64,000 nucleotides of DNA from an uncultured Gammaproteobacteria bacterium. GTDB taxonomy: Bacteria; Pseudomonadota; Gammaproteobacteria; JAADHQ01. Shown here piece after piece: positions 1 through 9,208 of the stretch. Position numbers and translations under genes: made by a program. The stretch is taken from the NCBI GenBank assembly GCA_947258755.1, contig CAMYJO010000002.1, positions 208,909-272,908 on the forward strand, in the 5' to 3' direction. Every line of letters begins with the position of its first letter. The stretch's first letter is position 1. The notes below the pieces were generated by a model, which was not told the DNA's origin, did no database searches, and saw nothing but the letters and a program-made list of their open reading frames with translations.

Positions 1-1
1 C

Positions 2-1780
2 GCACACTTTCATTATGATAGTAACGGCAATGTCGATGGCGTCGAAGGCGTCACGCGCGACATTACCGAACTTAAAAATGCCGAGGCGCAGATCTTTAAG
101 GAAAAAGAGCGCGCTCATATTACCCTGCAATCTATTGGTGATGGCGTTATCACTATGGATGTTAGCGGTAATATAGAATATTTAAATCCCTATGCCGAAC
201 AGATGGTAGGCTGTTCCAGTGATAGTGCAGCCAATATGCCATTAGCATCCTTGCTGAGCTTCACTGATGCTGCCAAGCATGTGCCATTGGATGACCCTGT
301 ATCCATGTGCCTGGAAGAAGAGCAGGTAGTAGTTTTCAATGAGCATGTGCATGCGGTGCGCAAGGATGGAGCCCGCTTTGCAGTGAAATTAACCGTCTCG
401 CCGATGCGTGACCTACAGGGGCGGATTCAAGGCGTGGTCATGGTTCTGCATGATGCTTCAGAGATGTGGAAGATGGCGCAACAGCTCAGCTACCAGGCCT
501 CACATGATGCCTTAACCGGGCTTATTAATCGCCGCGAGTTTGATCAGCAATTAGCACAGGCTTTGGAGCGATGCCGAAAAACGGGTAGGCAACATACACT
601 CTGTTATATGGATCTTGATCAATTCAAGATTGTTAATGACACCTGTGGGCATATAGCCGGAGACAGATTGTTGAAGCAGCTATCGCAGGTGCTTGTTTCC
701 GATGTGCGAGATAATGATGTATTTGCCCGACTTGGCGGCGATGAGTTTGGCCTGTTGCTAGAGGGCTGTTCGTTGGGTAAGGCGGAATCCATAGTCGAGA
801 AAGTTCGCAAGAAGGTTAAAGGCTTCCGCTTTACTTGGGAAGATAAGAATTTTGAGATCGGTGTCAGTATCGGTATGGTGCCGATAGACAAGGATAGTGT
901 TAGTGTGACCGAGTTACTGAGTGAGGCCGATGCGGCCTGCTATGTCGCCAAGGATCTGGGACGTAATCGCATTCATAAGTATCAGCAAGGGGATTCCGAG
1001 CTGGTTAAGCATAAAAGCGAAATGCAGTGGGTTAATCGTATTCAGCAGGCCCTGGAAGAGGATCGATTGGTCTGCTATTGCCAATCGATACAACCGCTCG
1101 AATGTGATCTCGAATTGTATGCCGAAATTCTGATCAGGATGTTGGATGAAAATGGTGACATTGTCTTGCCGGGCGCGTTTATCCCGGCTGCAGAACGTTA
1201 TCATTTGATGTCTGATATAGACCGCTGGGTGATCCGTAATGTGTTTGCGTGGCTGCAAAAAATGGAGGTGGGTGTTGAGCAACACTACACGATCAATTTG
1301 TCTGGTCAATCTGTCGGTGATAACAAGATATTGCAATTTATTATTGATAATCTGAATGAGTTCGAAATTGATCCATCCTGTATTTGTTTCGAAATCACAG
1401 AAACGGCAGCGGTTGCTAATCTTGATAGTGCGCGCGATTTTATTGCTCATTTGCATGAGCTGGGTTGTAAGTTCGCTCTCGATGATTTTGGCAGCGGCCT
1501 GAGTTCATTTGCCTATTTGAAAAACCTGGATGTGGATTACTTGAAAATTGACGGTAGTTTTGTTCAGGATATCAATAATGACCCGGTTGACTATGCTATG
1601 GTGGCGTCCATCAATCGCATTGGCCACCTGATGGGCATCAAAACGATTGCAGAGTTTGTCGAAGACAGTGAAATATTGGAAAGATTGAAAGAAATCGGTG
1701 TGGATTATGTGCAGGGCTATAATATCGATATACCAAAACCACTTTCCGATTTATCCGCAGGAAAAATAGCGAGGGTATAA
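2..1780 (+). CDS. PAS/PAC-GGDEF-EAL c-di-GMP signalling protein (5' end outside window)
   Basis: Frame is open from base 2 ([23 protein letters not shown], a PAC end). Followed by [14 protein letters not shown], RxxD I-site (RDND), intact RLGGDEF, and an EAL domain (EILIRM, FEITET, DDFGSG, KIDGSF, AEFVE). Confidence 0.95.
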   Translation, partial: AHFHYDSNGNVDGVEGVTRDITELKNAEAQIFKEKERAHITLQSIGDGVITMDVSGNIEYLNPYAEQMVGCSSDSAANMPLASLLSFTDAAKHVPLDDPVSMCLEEEQVVVFNEHVHAVRKDGARFAVKLTVSPMRDLQGRIQGVVMVLHDASEMWKMAQQLSYQASHDALTGLINRREFDQQLAQALERCRKTGRQHTLCYMDLDQFKIVNDTCGHIAGDRLLKQLSQVLVSDVRDNDVFARLGGDEFGLLLEGCSLGKAESIVEKVRKKVKGFRFTWEDKNFEIGVSIGMVPIDKDSVSVTELLSEADAACYVAKDLGRNRIHKYQQGDSELVKHKSEMQWVNRIQQALEEDRLVCYCQSIQPLECDLELYAEILIRMLDENGDIVLPGAFIPAAERYHLMSDIDRWVIRNVFAWLQKMEVGVEQHYTINLSGQSVGDNKILQFIIDNLNEFEIDPSCICFEITETAAVANLDSARDFIAHLHELGCKFALDDFGSGLSSFAYLKNLDVDYLKIDGSFVQDINNDPVDYAMVASINRIGHLMGIKTIAEFVEDSEILERLKEIGVDYVQGYNIDIPKPLSDLSAGKIARV

Positions 1781-2163
1781 TGCGATTACTACATACGATG
1801 CTTCGTGTTGGCAATCTGGAAAGGTCGATATCTTTTTATACCGAGATTCTCGGAATGAAATTACTACGCCAAAAAGATTACCCGGACGGTAAGTTTACCT
1901 TGGCATTTGTTGGTTATGGTGAGGAATCAGATAATACCGTGATAGAGCTGACTTTTAACTGGGACGTTGACAGCTATGATATAGGTGCTGGTTTTGGTCA
2001 TCTGGCCATCCAGGTGGATGATGTCTATCAGGCAACAGAGAGGATTCGTCAGCAGGGCGGTAAGATTATCAGGGACGCTGGACCAATGAATGCGGGGACC
2101 ACAATCATTGCTTTTGTCGAAGACCCTGATGGTTACCAGATTGAGCTGATTGGGCCACGCTAG
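1780..2163 (+). CDS. gloA: Lactoylglutathione lyase (glyoxalase I)
   Basis: [20 protein letters not shown] and [12 protein letters not shown] motifs; TAATG overlap with the upstream stop. Confidence 0.96.
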   Translation: MRLLHTMLRVGNLERSISFYTEILGMKLLRQKDYPDGKFTLAFVGYGEESDNTVIELTFNWDVDSYDIGAGFGHLAIQVDDVYQATERIRQQGGKIIRDAGPMNAGTTIIAFVEDPDGYQIELIGPR

Positions 2164-2256
2164 CGGGTGTTTTGATTATCCTGAGTGCTTACTAGCGCTT
2201 GGCAGCGGGACAGGATAAAATACCGCCATTAGATGCTAAATCCACGAGGAAACTCT

Positions 2257-3936
2257 ATGTGTGCTGATGAAACATCATCGACTCCAAGTAATTTTATTCG
2301 TCATATTATTGATGATGACATCAAGGCCAATAAGAACGACGGCAAGGTCGCGACGCGTTTTCCGCCCGAGCCGAATGGCTATCTGCATATCGGCCACGCA
2401 AAATCGATTTGCCTCAATTTTGGCATCGGCAAAGATTATAATGGCACCTGTAACCTGCGTTTTGATGATACCAATCCACACAAAGAAAACCTGGAATTTG
2501 TTGAGGCGATCAAGGAAGATGTGCGCTGGCTGGAATACGATTGGGATGACCGGCTCTTTTATGCATCAGATTATTTTGAAGCGCTGTATCAATTTGCTGT
2601 GCAGTTGGTTGAGAAGCAACTGGCCTATGTCTGTGATCTGAACGCCGAGCAAATAAGGGACTATCGCGGCACCTTGACCGAGCCCGGACGCGACAGTCCC
2701 TACCGCAATCGCACAGTAGAAGAAAACCTTGACCTGTTCAAGCGTATGCGCGACGGCGAGTTCGAGGATGGTAGTAAGGTCTTGAGGGCGAAGATAGACA
2801 TGGCCTCGCCGAATATCAATTTACGCGATCCGACAATCTATCGTATTCGCCATGGCGTCATACATCATCAGACCGGCGAGTCATGGTGTATCTATCCAAT
2901 GTATGACTTTACCCATTGCTTGTCCGATTCCATCGAAGGCATCACGCATTCGCTGTGTACGCTGGAGTTTGAAGATCATCGACCATTGTATGATTGGTTT
3001 CTTGATAGCCTTGATGTCGATTGTCATCCACAACAAATAGAATTTTCAAGGTTGAATCTCGAATACACGGTGACTAGTAAGCGCAAATTGACCGAGTTGG
3101 TAGAGCAGGGTCATGTCGAAGGCTGGGATGATCCGCGTATGCCGACCATAGCCGGTTTGAGACGGCGAGGTTTTACATCCGCGTCCATTCGCGATTTTTG
3201 CAATCGTATCGGTGTGACCAAGGCCGATAACCTGGTCGAAATGGGTGTATTGGAGAGTTGCATTCGTGAAGACCTGAATGACAATGCGCCCAGACGCATG
3301 GCCGTCCTGCATCCGCTCAAGGTGATCTTAAGCAATTACCCTGAGGGCAAGCAGGAAGAGCTACAACCCGCTAACCACCCACAGCATGAGGCTATGGGTA
3401 CGCGTAAGGTGATTATGGAGCGCGAACTTTATATAGACAGGAATGATTTTGCCGAGATACCGCCAAAGAAATTCAAGCGCCTGATCCCTGGCGGTGAAGT
3501 ACGCCTACGTAATGGCTACGTTATCCGTTGCGATGAAGTGATCAAGGATGATAAGGGTGAGGTGATAGAATTACATTGCAGCTATGATGAGGCTACTCTC
3601 GGCGCCAATCCTGAGGGCCGCAAGGTCAAGGGTGTGATCCACTGGCTGTCGGCCAATCATTCGATCAAGGCAGAAATACGTCTGTATGACCGCCTGTTTA
3701 CCCATCCATTACCGGATGCAAGCAAGGAAGGTAAGGATTACAGCGAATACCTGAATCCGGAATCATTGCTGACCCTGACGCAATGTTATGTAGAGGCAAG
3801 TCTCGTCGATGCCCAGCCAGGCGATACCTTTCAGTTTGAGCGCGAGGGTTATTTTAGCCTGGATAAAGCACGATCCGCCAATGACATGCCTGTCTTCAAC
3901 CGCACCGTGACCTTGCGCGATACCTGGAAAAAATAG
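2257..3936 (+). CDS. glnS: Glutamine--tRNA ligase
   Basis: [18 protein letters not shown] (HIGH), [24 protein letters not shown]. Start placed at ATG 2257 behind GAGGA. Confidence 0.97.
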   Translation: MCADETSSTPSNFIRHIIDDDIKANKNDGKVATRFPPEPNGYLHIGHAKSICLNFGIGKDYNGTCNLRFDDTNPHKENLEFVEAIKEDVRWLEYDWDDRLFYASDYFEALYQFAVQLVEKQLAYVCDLNAEQIRDYRGTLTEPGRDSPYRNRTVEENLDLFKRMRDGEFEDGSKVLRAKIDMASPNINLRDPTIYRIRHGVIHHQTGESWCIYPMYDFTHCLSDSIEGITHSLCTLEFEDHRPLYDWFLDSLDVDCHPQQIEFSRLNLEYTVTSKRKLTELVEQGHVEGWDDPRMPTIAGLRRRGFTSASIRDFCNRIGVTKADNLVEMGVLESCIREDLNDNAPRRMAVLHPLKVILSNYPEGKQEELQPANHPQHEAMGTRKVIMERELYIDRNDFAEIPPKKFKRLIPGGEVRLRNGYVIRCDEVIKDDKGEVIELHCSYDEATLGANPEGRKVKGVIHWLSANHSIKAEIRLYDRLFTHPLPDASKEGKDYSEYLNPESLLTLTQCYVEASLVDAQPGDTFQFEREGYFSLDKARSANDMPVFNRTVTLRDTWKK

Positions 3937-4014
3937 TGGCGAGTAGCTAGTGGCTAGTAGCTAGGTGAATGACTCTTTGTTTTTGATTGTCCTAGCCACT
4001 CGCAACTAGCTACT
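3934..4014. repeat. Tandem 7-mer repeats (TAGTGGC/GAGTAGC/TAGTAGC) with an inverted copy forming a long hairpin
   Basis: 3942-3965 (AGTAGCTAGTGGCTAGTAGCTAGG) matches the reverse complement of 3991-4014 at 21/24 positions. A partial third arm lies at about 4282-4299. Confidence 0.85.
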
Positions 4015-4022
4015 GTTCTTTG

Positions 4023-4080
4023 GTAGGAGCGGCCCTTGGCCGCGAATCATATAATATCGCGAGCAAGGCTCGCTCCCACA
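4023..4080. repeat. REP doublet (REPIN-like), copy 1
   Basis: GTAGGAGCGGCCCTTGGCCGCGA, an AT-rich spacer, then inverted TCGCGAGCAAGGCTCGCTCCCAC. A GTAG/GTGG end plus short palindrome is the GTAG-family REP layout. Confidence 0.85.
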
Positions 4081-4306
4081 GGGATTGTGTCGGGTTTTTA
4101 TTTGAATGATTTTCACGGATGAAAAAATAACCAGCATAAAAAATACTTTTTCAGCACGCTTGCCTGCTGGATCGTAACTATTCATTTACTCGTAATGGAT
4201 GAGGGGGGCAATGCAGCGGCAGCATTTATGCTGAACTATTGTGAAGCCCAAACAGAAGTCTTGTTAGGTTTTTCGGTTTTTCCTAGCCACCCGCTACTAT
4301 GTTCCA

Positions 4307-4364
4307 GTAGGAGCGGCCCTTGGCCGCGAATCATATAATATCGCGAGCAAGGCTCGCTCCCACA
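4307..4364. repeat. REP doublet (REPIN-like), copy 2
   Basis: Identical 58-bp copy of 4023-4080, offset by 284 bp. Confidence 0.85.
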
Positions 4365-4375
4365 AGAGCTGTGTT

Positions 4376-4451
4376 AAAAAAGCCATGGAGAAAGATGGTG
4401 TTAGCTGAGGAGTTTTTCACGGCACCATCAAACAGACTACTCTCCATGGCT
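4376..4451 (-). terminator. Extended hairpin plus U-tract after the MNIO operon
   Basis: AGCCATGGAGA (4381-4391) pairs with TCTCCATGGCT (4441-4451), with inner stem GATGGTG/CACCATC. A T-run follows on the minus strand; lies just downstream of the DoxX-gene stop. Confidence 0.5.
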
Positions 4452-4467
4452 ATAAACTGTTACTAAG

Positions 4468-5061
4468 TCAGTAAGAAGGCCTGTTAAAAAGCCGGGCCAG
4501 CCAGTAATCGATGCTGAAGAACCTTCCCGCGCCGATAAAAAATAATACCAGTAGCATAATGAAGTAGGTTGCCGCGAACTCGATACCATTTTTCAGTACC
4601 GTGATCGATCCATGCTCGGTGATCCATTCATAATTGCTATTTTCCTTGAGGATCTCTCTGGCGCGCTCTTTGCGTATATTGGCTTCCTTGATCTTGTCTT
4701 TTTTCCATTCCCAGGGCACGGTGAGGGTGTCATCCGGGAGCGCATGCCAGCCATTTTCCCAATGCGCAGTGCCGGCAGCGACAGCCATCGTGAACATCAG
4801 CGGAATCGCTATCCAGCGTACGGCCAGGCCTACAAGCAGTAAAATGCCGCCGATTAATTCAGTTAGGCCTGCGAGCCAGACCATTAATTCAGGGGCTGGT
4901 AGACCCAAGGATCCGAAGTACCAGGCGGTGCTTTCTATATTTGATAATTTTCCAAGCCCTGCGTATATGAATATTGGTGCCAGGAAAATTCTCAGCGCCA
5001 GTGGGCCTAGAAAATCGAGGATGCGAGTTTTGTCGAGCAGGTTTTGCAAGGTCGTGAGCAT
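4468..5061 (-). CDS. DoxX-family membrane protein of the MNIO RiPP operon
   Basis: LALRIFLAPIFIYAGLGKL, ELIGGILLLVGL and GAGRFFSID DoxX motifs, plus a long loop (HWENGW...NGIEF). Last gene of the DUF692 operon. Confidence 0.88.
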   Translation of the reverse strand: MLTTLQNLLDKTRILDFLGPLALRIFLAPIFIYAGLGKLSNIESTAWYFGSLGLPAPELMVWLAGLTELIGGILLLVGLAVRWIAIPLMFTMAVAAGTAHWENGWHALPDDTLTVPWEWKKDKIKEANIRKERAREILKENSNYEWITEHGSITVLKNGIEFAATYFIMLLVLFFIGAGRFFSIDYWLARLFNRPSY

Positions 5062-5085
5062 GGTAGGTCTCCCGTGCTGTTATTG

Positions 5086-5868
5086 TTATCGTGTGCGCAC
5101 GCCCAGTAGAATATCGGCTTCGCGCAATTGCTCCATTATTTCCAGTCCACCGGTTATGACAACGCTAGGGTCTGAATGGTTCAGCTCATCGGCGATATTT
5201 TTTAATAATTGCCCGCCGGTCTGTTCGCTATCCAGTTGCAGGCTTTGGATCATATGTGCTGTCACTGGATTGATTTCCATGAAACCGATTTCATCATCGC
5301 GGTCGCGGTAAACGATCAATGTCGTTATTTGCTCAGGCGGTAATGTGGGTTGATAATCAGGGCCGATATGTTGAACATCAAATTGGTAGCTGAGTAGCCA
5401 GGCCAGCGGTGATAAAACGGGAATGTTCTGCAGAAAATCACCTTGCGGGTCTATGCCGGTCTCATCGATCTCCTGCTCGGCAACGGTCAGTGCCAGCTCG
5501 ACCCATTCGTAATGGGCCAGTTCCTGCATGAATGCAGGATCGTTGCTGTTATCTCGTTCGTTTTCCAGGTAATCGAGAAACTCTTCGGATATTTCCAGAA
5601 AGTAAGGGGTCTTGCAATGATGGCGGGAGAAAAAGTCCCGGACCATGGCGTGCCAGGTTTTATCGTCAGTGAGATCACGCAGAACAGGAAAGCCGCTGGA
5701 AATAAAGCCTTCCACATTATTGTAAAACAGCTCGCGGTAGATACCCATGCGACGATCTTCGACATCATCCGGTTTGCTGTGGATGTCGGGGTTACGTATA
5801 TGCGCAGCAAATTCTAGCTGTTTGCTGATGAATTCTGGCTGCTTATCCTTGTGCGCTTTGCTGTTCAA
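5086..5868 (-). CDS. MNIO partner protein (DUF2063; HvfC/BufC-like)
   Basis: QLEFAAHIRNP, RRMGIYRELFYNN, FPVL, TPYFLEISEEF, ELAHYEWVEL. Likely TTG start at 5868 with GGAG upstream; the track's extension overlaps the MNIO gene. Confidence 0.9.
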   Translation of the reverse strand: MNSKAHKDKQPEFISKQLEFAAHIRNPDIHSKPDDVEDRRMGIYRELFYNNVEGFISSGFPVLRDLTDDKTWHAMVRDFFSRHHCKTPYFLEISEEFLDYLENERDNSNDPAFMQELAHYEWVELALTVAEQEIDETGIDPQGDFLQNIPVLSPLAWLLSYQFDVQHIGPDYQPTLPPEQITTLIVYRDRDDEIGFMEINPVTAHMIQSLQLDSEQTGGQLLKNIADELNHSDPSVVITGGLEIMEQLREADILLGVRTR

Positions 5869-6697
5869 TGCGACTCCATTTTTCCTGCATGTTGGAAATG
5901 GTGGCAATTTCCTGTAACAGTTCGGCCAGTGGGGGTATGTTAAAATCACGTTCCAGTAAGGTTGGGACCACGCCAAGATGAGCGTAGGTCTGATCGAGTA
6001 ATTGCCAAACGGGATCAATAACATCGGCGCCATGTGTGTCGACGATCAGATCTTCGGCTTCCTGATAATGGCCGGCAACGTGTATATAGACCACGCGTTC
6101 TGCAGGTAATGCCTTCAGGTATTGTTCTGCATCGTAGCGGTGATTAACGCTATTGACGTAAATATTGTTTACATCGAGTAACAAATTGCAATCGGCCTCG
6201 TCGAGAACGGCATTGATAAAGTCAATTTCCGTCATCTGCTGGCCGGGTGCGGCATAGTACGAGACGTTTTCCATGGCAATGCGTTGTTCCAGCGTGTCCT
6301 GGACAATACGAATGCGTTCAGCAACGTATTTTACCGCTTCTTCTGTGAACGGGATGGGTAGCAGGTCATACAGGTGGCCGCTGTCACTGCAATAACTGAG
6401 GTGTTCGGTATAGGTTTTGATATCGTGATCTTTTAGGAAAACCTTGAGCTTTCGTAAAAAATCCATGTCCAGTGGAGATGGGCTGCCGATCGATAAAGAC
6501 AGTCCATGGCTGACAAACGGATACTGTTCGGTGAAATGGCGGAATTGTTTACCTAAGCTACCACCAACACCGATCCAGTTTTCCGGCGCAACTTCCATGA
6601 AGTCAATTTGTGTAGGACTGGCCTCGGCCAACGAATCCATCATGGATCGTCGCAGGCCAAGACCGGTTCCTTGCACAGGGTACTGTGTTTGCTTCAT
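5843..6697 (-). CDS. Multinuclear non-heme iron oxidative enzyme (MNIO, DUF692; HvfB/BufB-like)
   Basis: GLGLRR, EVAPENW, HGLSLSIG, TEHLS, DLLP, ENVSYY, LLDVNNIYVN, HVAGH, DTHG and LLERD are the DUF692 metal-site motifs. Start MKQTQ at 6697. Confidence 0.95.
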   Translation of the reverse strand: MKQTQYPVQGTGLGLRRSMMDSLAEASPTQIDFMEVAPENWIGVGGSLGKQFRHFTEQYPFVSHGLSLSIGSPSPLDMDFLRKLKVFLKDHDIKTYTEHLSYCSDSGHLYDLLPIPFTEEAVKYVAERIRIVQDTLEQRIAMENVSYYAAPGQQMTEIDFINAVLDEADCNLLLDVNNIYVNSVNHRYDAEQYLKALPAERVVYIHVAGHYQEAEDLIVDTHGADVIDPVWQLLDQTYAHLGVVPTLLERDFNIPPLAELLQEIATISNMQEKWSRIEQQSAQG

Positions 6698-6710
6698 GAA
6701 GTGGCAGACC

Positions 6711-7244
6711 TTATTTCTTGCCGCCGCATTTGCCTTCACCACATTTGCCTTCTTTGGCTTTTTCCATCTTTTCAGAGCCTTTCATGCCGCCACATTTACC
6801 TTCGCCACATTTACCTTCCATGCCTTTTTTCTTGGCGTTTTTGTACATTTTCTTTTCTTCCATGGTGATCATGCCATCTTTGTTGGCATCCATACGATCG
6901 AACTTGCTTGCATGGTAGGCATCAAATTCAGCACGACTAACACTACCGTCACCGTCTTTATCCATTTTATTCATCATCTTGCCGCCGCATTTGCCCTGTT
7001 TGGCTTTCATGCCGCCGCACTTACCTTCGCCGCATTTGCCTTCTTTGGCTTTCTCGGTTTTCATGCCGCCGCATTTGCCTTCACCACATTTACCTTCCAT
7101 AGCAGCAATCTGCATATAGCCACTGCTGAGTTGTGTGGCGGAGAAAGGATTTTCATTGGCCTGTACTGCAGAGCTTGCAGTCACAGACAGGAATGCTGCA
7201 CCCAGTGCAGCCGCCAGAGGTTTTTGCGTATACTTCTTAGCCAT
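6711..7244 (-). CDS. HvfA/oxazolin-type RiPP precursor: signal peptide, 9 (E/Q)GKCG motifs, two internal EF-hands
   Basis: 177 aa from ATG 7244 (GAGGAG RBS). Sec signal ends at AVQA, followed by NPF...LSSGY, 8x EGKCG plus 1x QGKCG, and loops DKDGDGSVSRAE and DANKDGMITMEE. Confidence 0.9.
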   Translation of the reverse strand: MAKKYTQKPLAAALGAAFLSVTASSAVQANENPFSATQLSSGYMQIAAMEGKCGEGKCGGMKTEKAKEGKCGEGKCGGMKAKQGKCGGKMMNKMDKDGDGSVSRAEFDAYHASKFDRMDANKDGMITMEEKKMYKNAKKKGMEGKCGEGKCGGMKGSEKMEKAKEGKCGEGKCGGKK

Positions 7245-7415
7245 ATTTGTGCTCCTCGAGGATAATAATATATTAAAGTTGACCAATTAATTCTGTATCA
7301 GGCCGGTCTTCAGTGGTTGCAGCATCATGACTGCAGCGACTGTCTTGCCTTGAATGATAGGACTTGATCATTTACAGGAAGTTTCATTATAGGGGCAAAA
7401 AATCACAAATTTATA

Positions 7416-7853
7416 TCAAATTTTATCGATTAATCGCTTCAGGCAGTGGATATAGGTCAGTTCGTCAGGTAATTGACTATTATTTTGCGCCTGCCACAAA
7501 CTTTCACCAAGGCATTCCATCATCGCATGCTCGGCTTCATGTGGGTCACCGGCCTTTATTAGTATTTGTTGATATAGCTGTGTAATGCCGGATGGACGGT
7601 CTGTGCTGAATTGTTCGCGCAGACTGATGTGCATACCCATGTGCAGGAACGGATTGGTTTGACCCTGTTCCGGCAGGTAGTCCTGGTCGAGGTCATCAAG
7701 TTCGTTCTCCAGCATGGATTGATATTCCGGATGCATACTGACGACTTCGGCAATCATATTTTCCAGTGCCTCTATTGGTTGGCGGTTTTTGTATTTTAGC
7801 CACGCAGATCTGAACAGGTTTCTGATCTGATTTTTGTCCTGACCAACTATCAT
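7416..7853 (-). CDS. DUF1841-family protein
   Basis: HPEY, GQTNPFLHMGMHISLREQ, DRPSGI and HEAEHAMMECLGE pattern. Confidence 0.8.
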   Translation of the reverse strand: MIVGQDKNQIRNLFRSAWLKYKNRQPIEALENMIAEVVSMHPEYQSMLENELDDLDQDYLPEQGQTNPFLHMGMHISLREQFSTDRPSGITQLYQQILIKAGDPHEAEHAMMECLGESLWQAQNNSQLPDELTYIHCLKRLIDKI

Positions 7854-7856
7854 GTT

Positions 7857-8504
7857 TTACTCACTATCCAGGTCTTCGGTCTTGTGTTTGAATTCACACA
7901 AGTCTTCGATGATACAGGAACCACAGCGAGGTTTACGTGCGATGCAGGTGTAGCGTCCGTGTAGGATCAGCCAGTGATGGGCGTCAACTTTAAATTCATC
8001 AGGCACAAATTTCAGTAGTTTCTTTTCAACTTCAATGACATTTTTACCCGGCGCTAGCCCAATGCGATTCGAGACCCGAAAGATATGCGTGTCAACTGCA
8101 ATGGTGGGCTGACCAAAGGCAGTGTTCAAGACGACATTGGCCGTTTTTCTACCAACACCCGGTAATGCTTCCAATGCAGCGCGCTCAGCCGGTACCCGTC
8201 CCTTATGCTGATCGACCAGGATCTGGCATGTTTTAATGACATTGGCACCCTTGGTATTGAACAGGCCAATCGTCTTGATGTATTCCTTCACCCCGGCTTC
8301 ACCGAGCTTTAGCATAGCCGCAGGAGTTTTGCATTTTTTGAACAAGGCACGGGTTGCCTTGTTAACACCGACATCGGTTGCCTGTGCCGATAGCATGACC
8401 GCGATCAATAACTGAAAGGTATTGCTGTATTGCAGTTCTGTTTGCGGTGATGGGTTATGTTGTTTTAGGCGCTGAAAAATCTCGTAGCGTTTATTGGCAT
8501 TCAT
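7857..8504 (-). CDS. nth: Endonuclease III
   Basis: LSAQATD, HhH motif LPGVGRKTANVV, VDTHIFRV, and 4Fe-4S motif CIARKPRCGSCIIEDLC. Confidence 0.97.
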   Translation of the reverse strand: MNANKRYEIFQRLKQHNPSPQTELQYSNTFQLLIAVMLSAQATDVGVNKATRALFKKCKTPAAMLKLGEAGVKEYIKTIGLFNTKGANVIKTCQILVDQHKGRVPAERAALEALPGVGRKTANVVLNTAFGQPTIAVDTHIFRVSNRIGLAPGKNVIEVEKKLLKFVPDEFKVDAHHWLILHGRYTCIARKPRCGSCIIEDLCEFKHKTEDLDSE

Positions 8505-8521
8505 ACACGCAAACCCCGCTT

Positions 8522-9208
8522 TCAGGAACGGGCAGTTTCAGTCTGGGGGATGATTAATGGTTCAGTACGGGCGGCCATTCTACGATCAATGATATTCTTC
8601 AGCGCGATAATCAGCCCCAGGCCGATAAAGGCCCCCGGTGGCAGGATCGCTAGCAGGAAGCCGGGGTAGTCATCGCTGAAGGTAATGGTCAGGTCGCGTG
8701 CGGCCTGGCCGAACATCAGGTCGGCATTGGCCAGTAAGGTGCCTTGACCCAGTAGCTCGCGAATGCCACCCAACAGCACCAGTACAGCTGTAAATCCCAA
8801 TCCCATCATCAGACCATCAACAAAGGAATCTTGTACCGAATGTTTTGACGCGTAAGATTCCGCCCTGCCAATGATGGCGCAATTAGTGACGATCAGTGGA
8901 ATAAAAATGCCCAGGGTTTTATACAGGGGATGAAAATAAGCGCTCAGTACCAGCTCAACCGTAGTTACCAGGGCGGCAATGATCATGACAAAGACGGGAA
9001 TGCGAATCTCACTGCTGACGAAATTCCTGATCATGGAAACAATCACGTTGGATCCAGTAAGTACCAGCAGGGTGGCAATGCCCAGCCCCAGGCCATTGAT
9101 GACGGTTGATGTAACCGCCAGCAGTGGGCAAAGCCCGAGTAATTGCACCAGTGCTGGGTTGTTTGTCCAAAGACCATTTTTGATCAGTGTGTTTGTTTCT
9201 GCACTCAT
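8522..9208 (-). CDS. rnfE: Rnf electron transport complex subunit E
   Basis: [27 protein letters not shown]; operon position. Confidence 0.95.
   Translation of the reverse strand: MSAETNTLIKNGLWTNNPALVQLLGLCPLLAVTSTVINGLGLGIATLLVLTGSNVIVSMIRNFVSSEIRIPVFVMIIAALVTTVELVLSAYFHPLYKTLGIFIPLIVTNCAIIGRAESYASKHSVQDSFVDGLMMGLGFTAVLVLLGGIRELLGQGTLLANADLMFGQAARDLTITFSDDYPGFLLAILPPGAFIGLGLIIALKNIIDRRMAARTEPLIIPQTETARS

Noticed and set aside
4023..4364. CRISPR array suggested by the exact direct repeat
   Set aside because: Only two 58-bp units about 225 bp apart, internal REP architecture, and no cas genes.
4381..4451. Riboswitch (GATGGTG recalls the fluoride motif)
   Set aside because: It lies at the 3' ends of convergent genes with no downstream gene to control, and the rest of the consensus is missing.
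5869..6033. 55-aa N-terminal extension of the DUF2063 protein
   Set aside because: It overlaps the MNIO coding region; a TTG with a GGAG RBS at 5868 fits better. Similar over-long starts were trimmed for rnfC, dcd, arsC, the YcgN-family gene, rimI, the MlaF-like gene and pepA.
6444..7265. Plus-strand ORFs of 273 aa and 66 aa with AAFAF / PPHLPSPHLP repeats
   Set aside because: Antisense shadows of the EGKCG-repeat precursor, which has the RBS, signal peptide and operon context.
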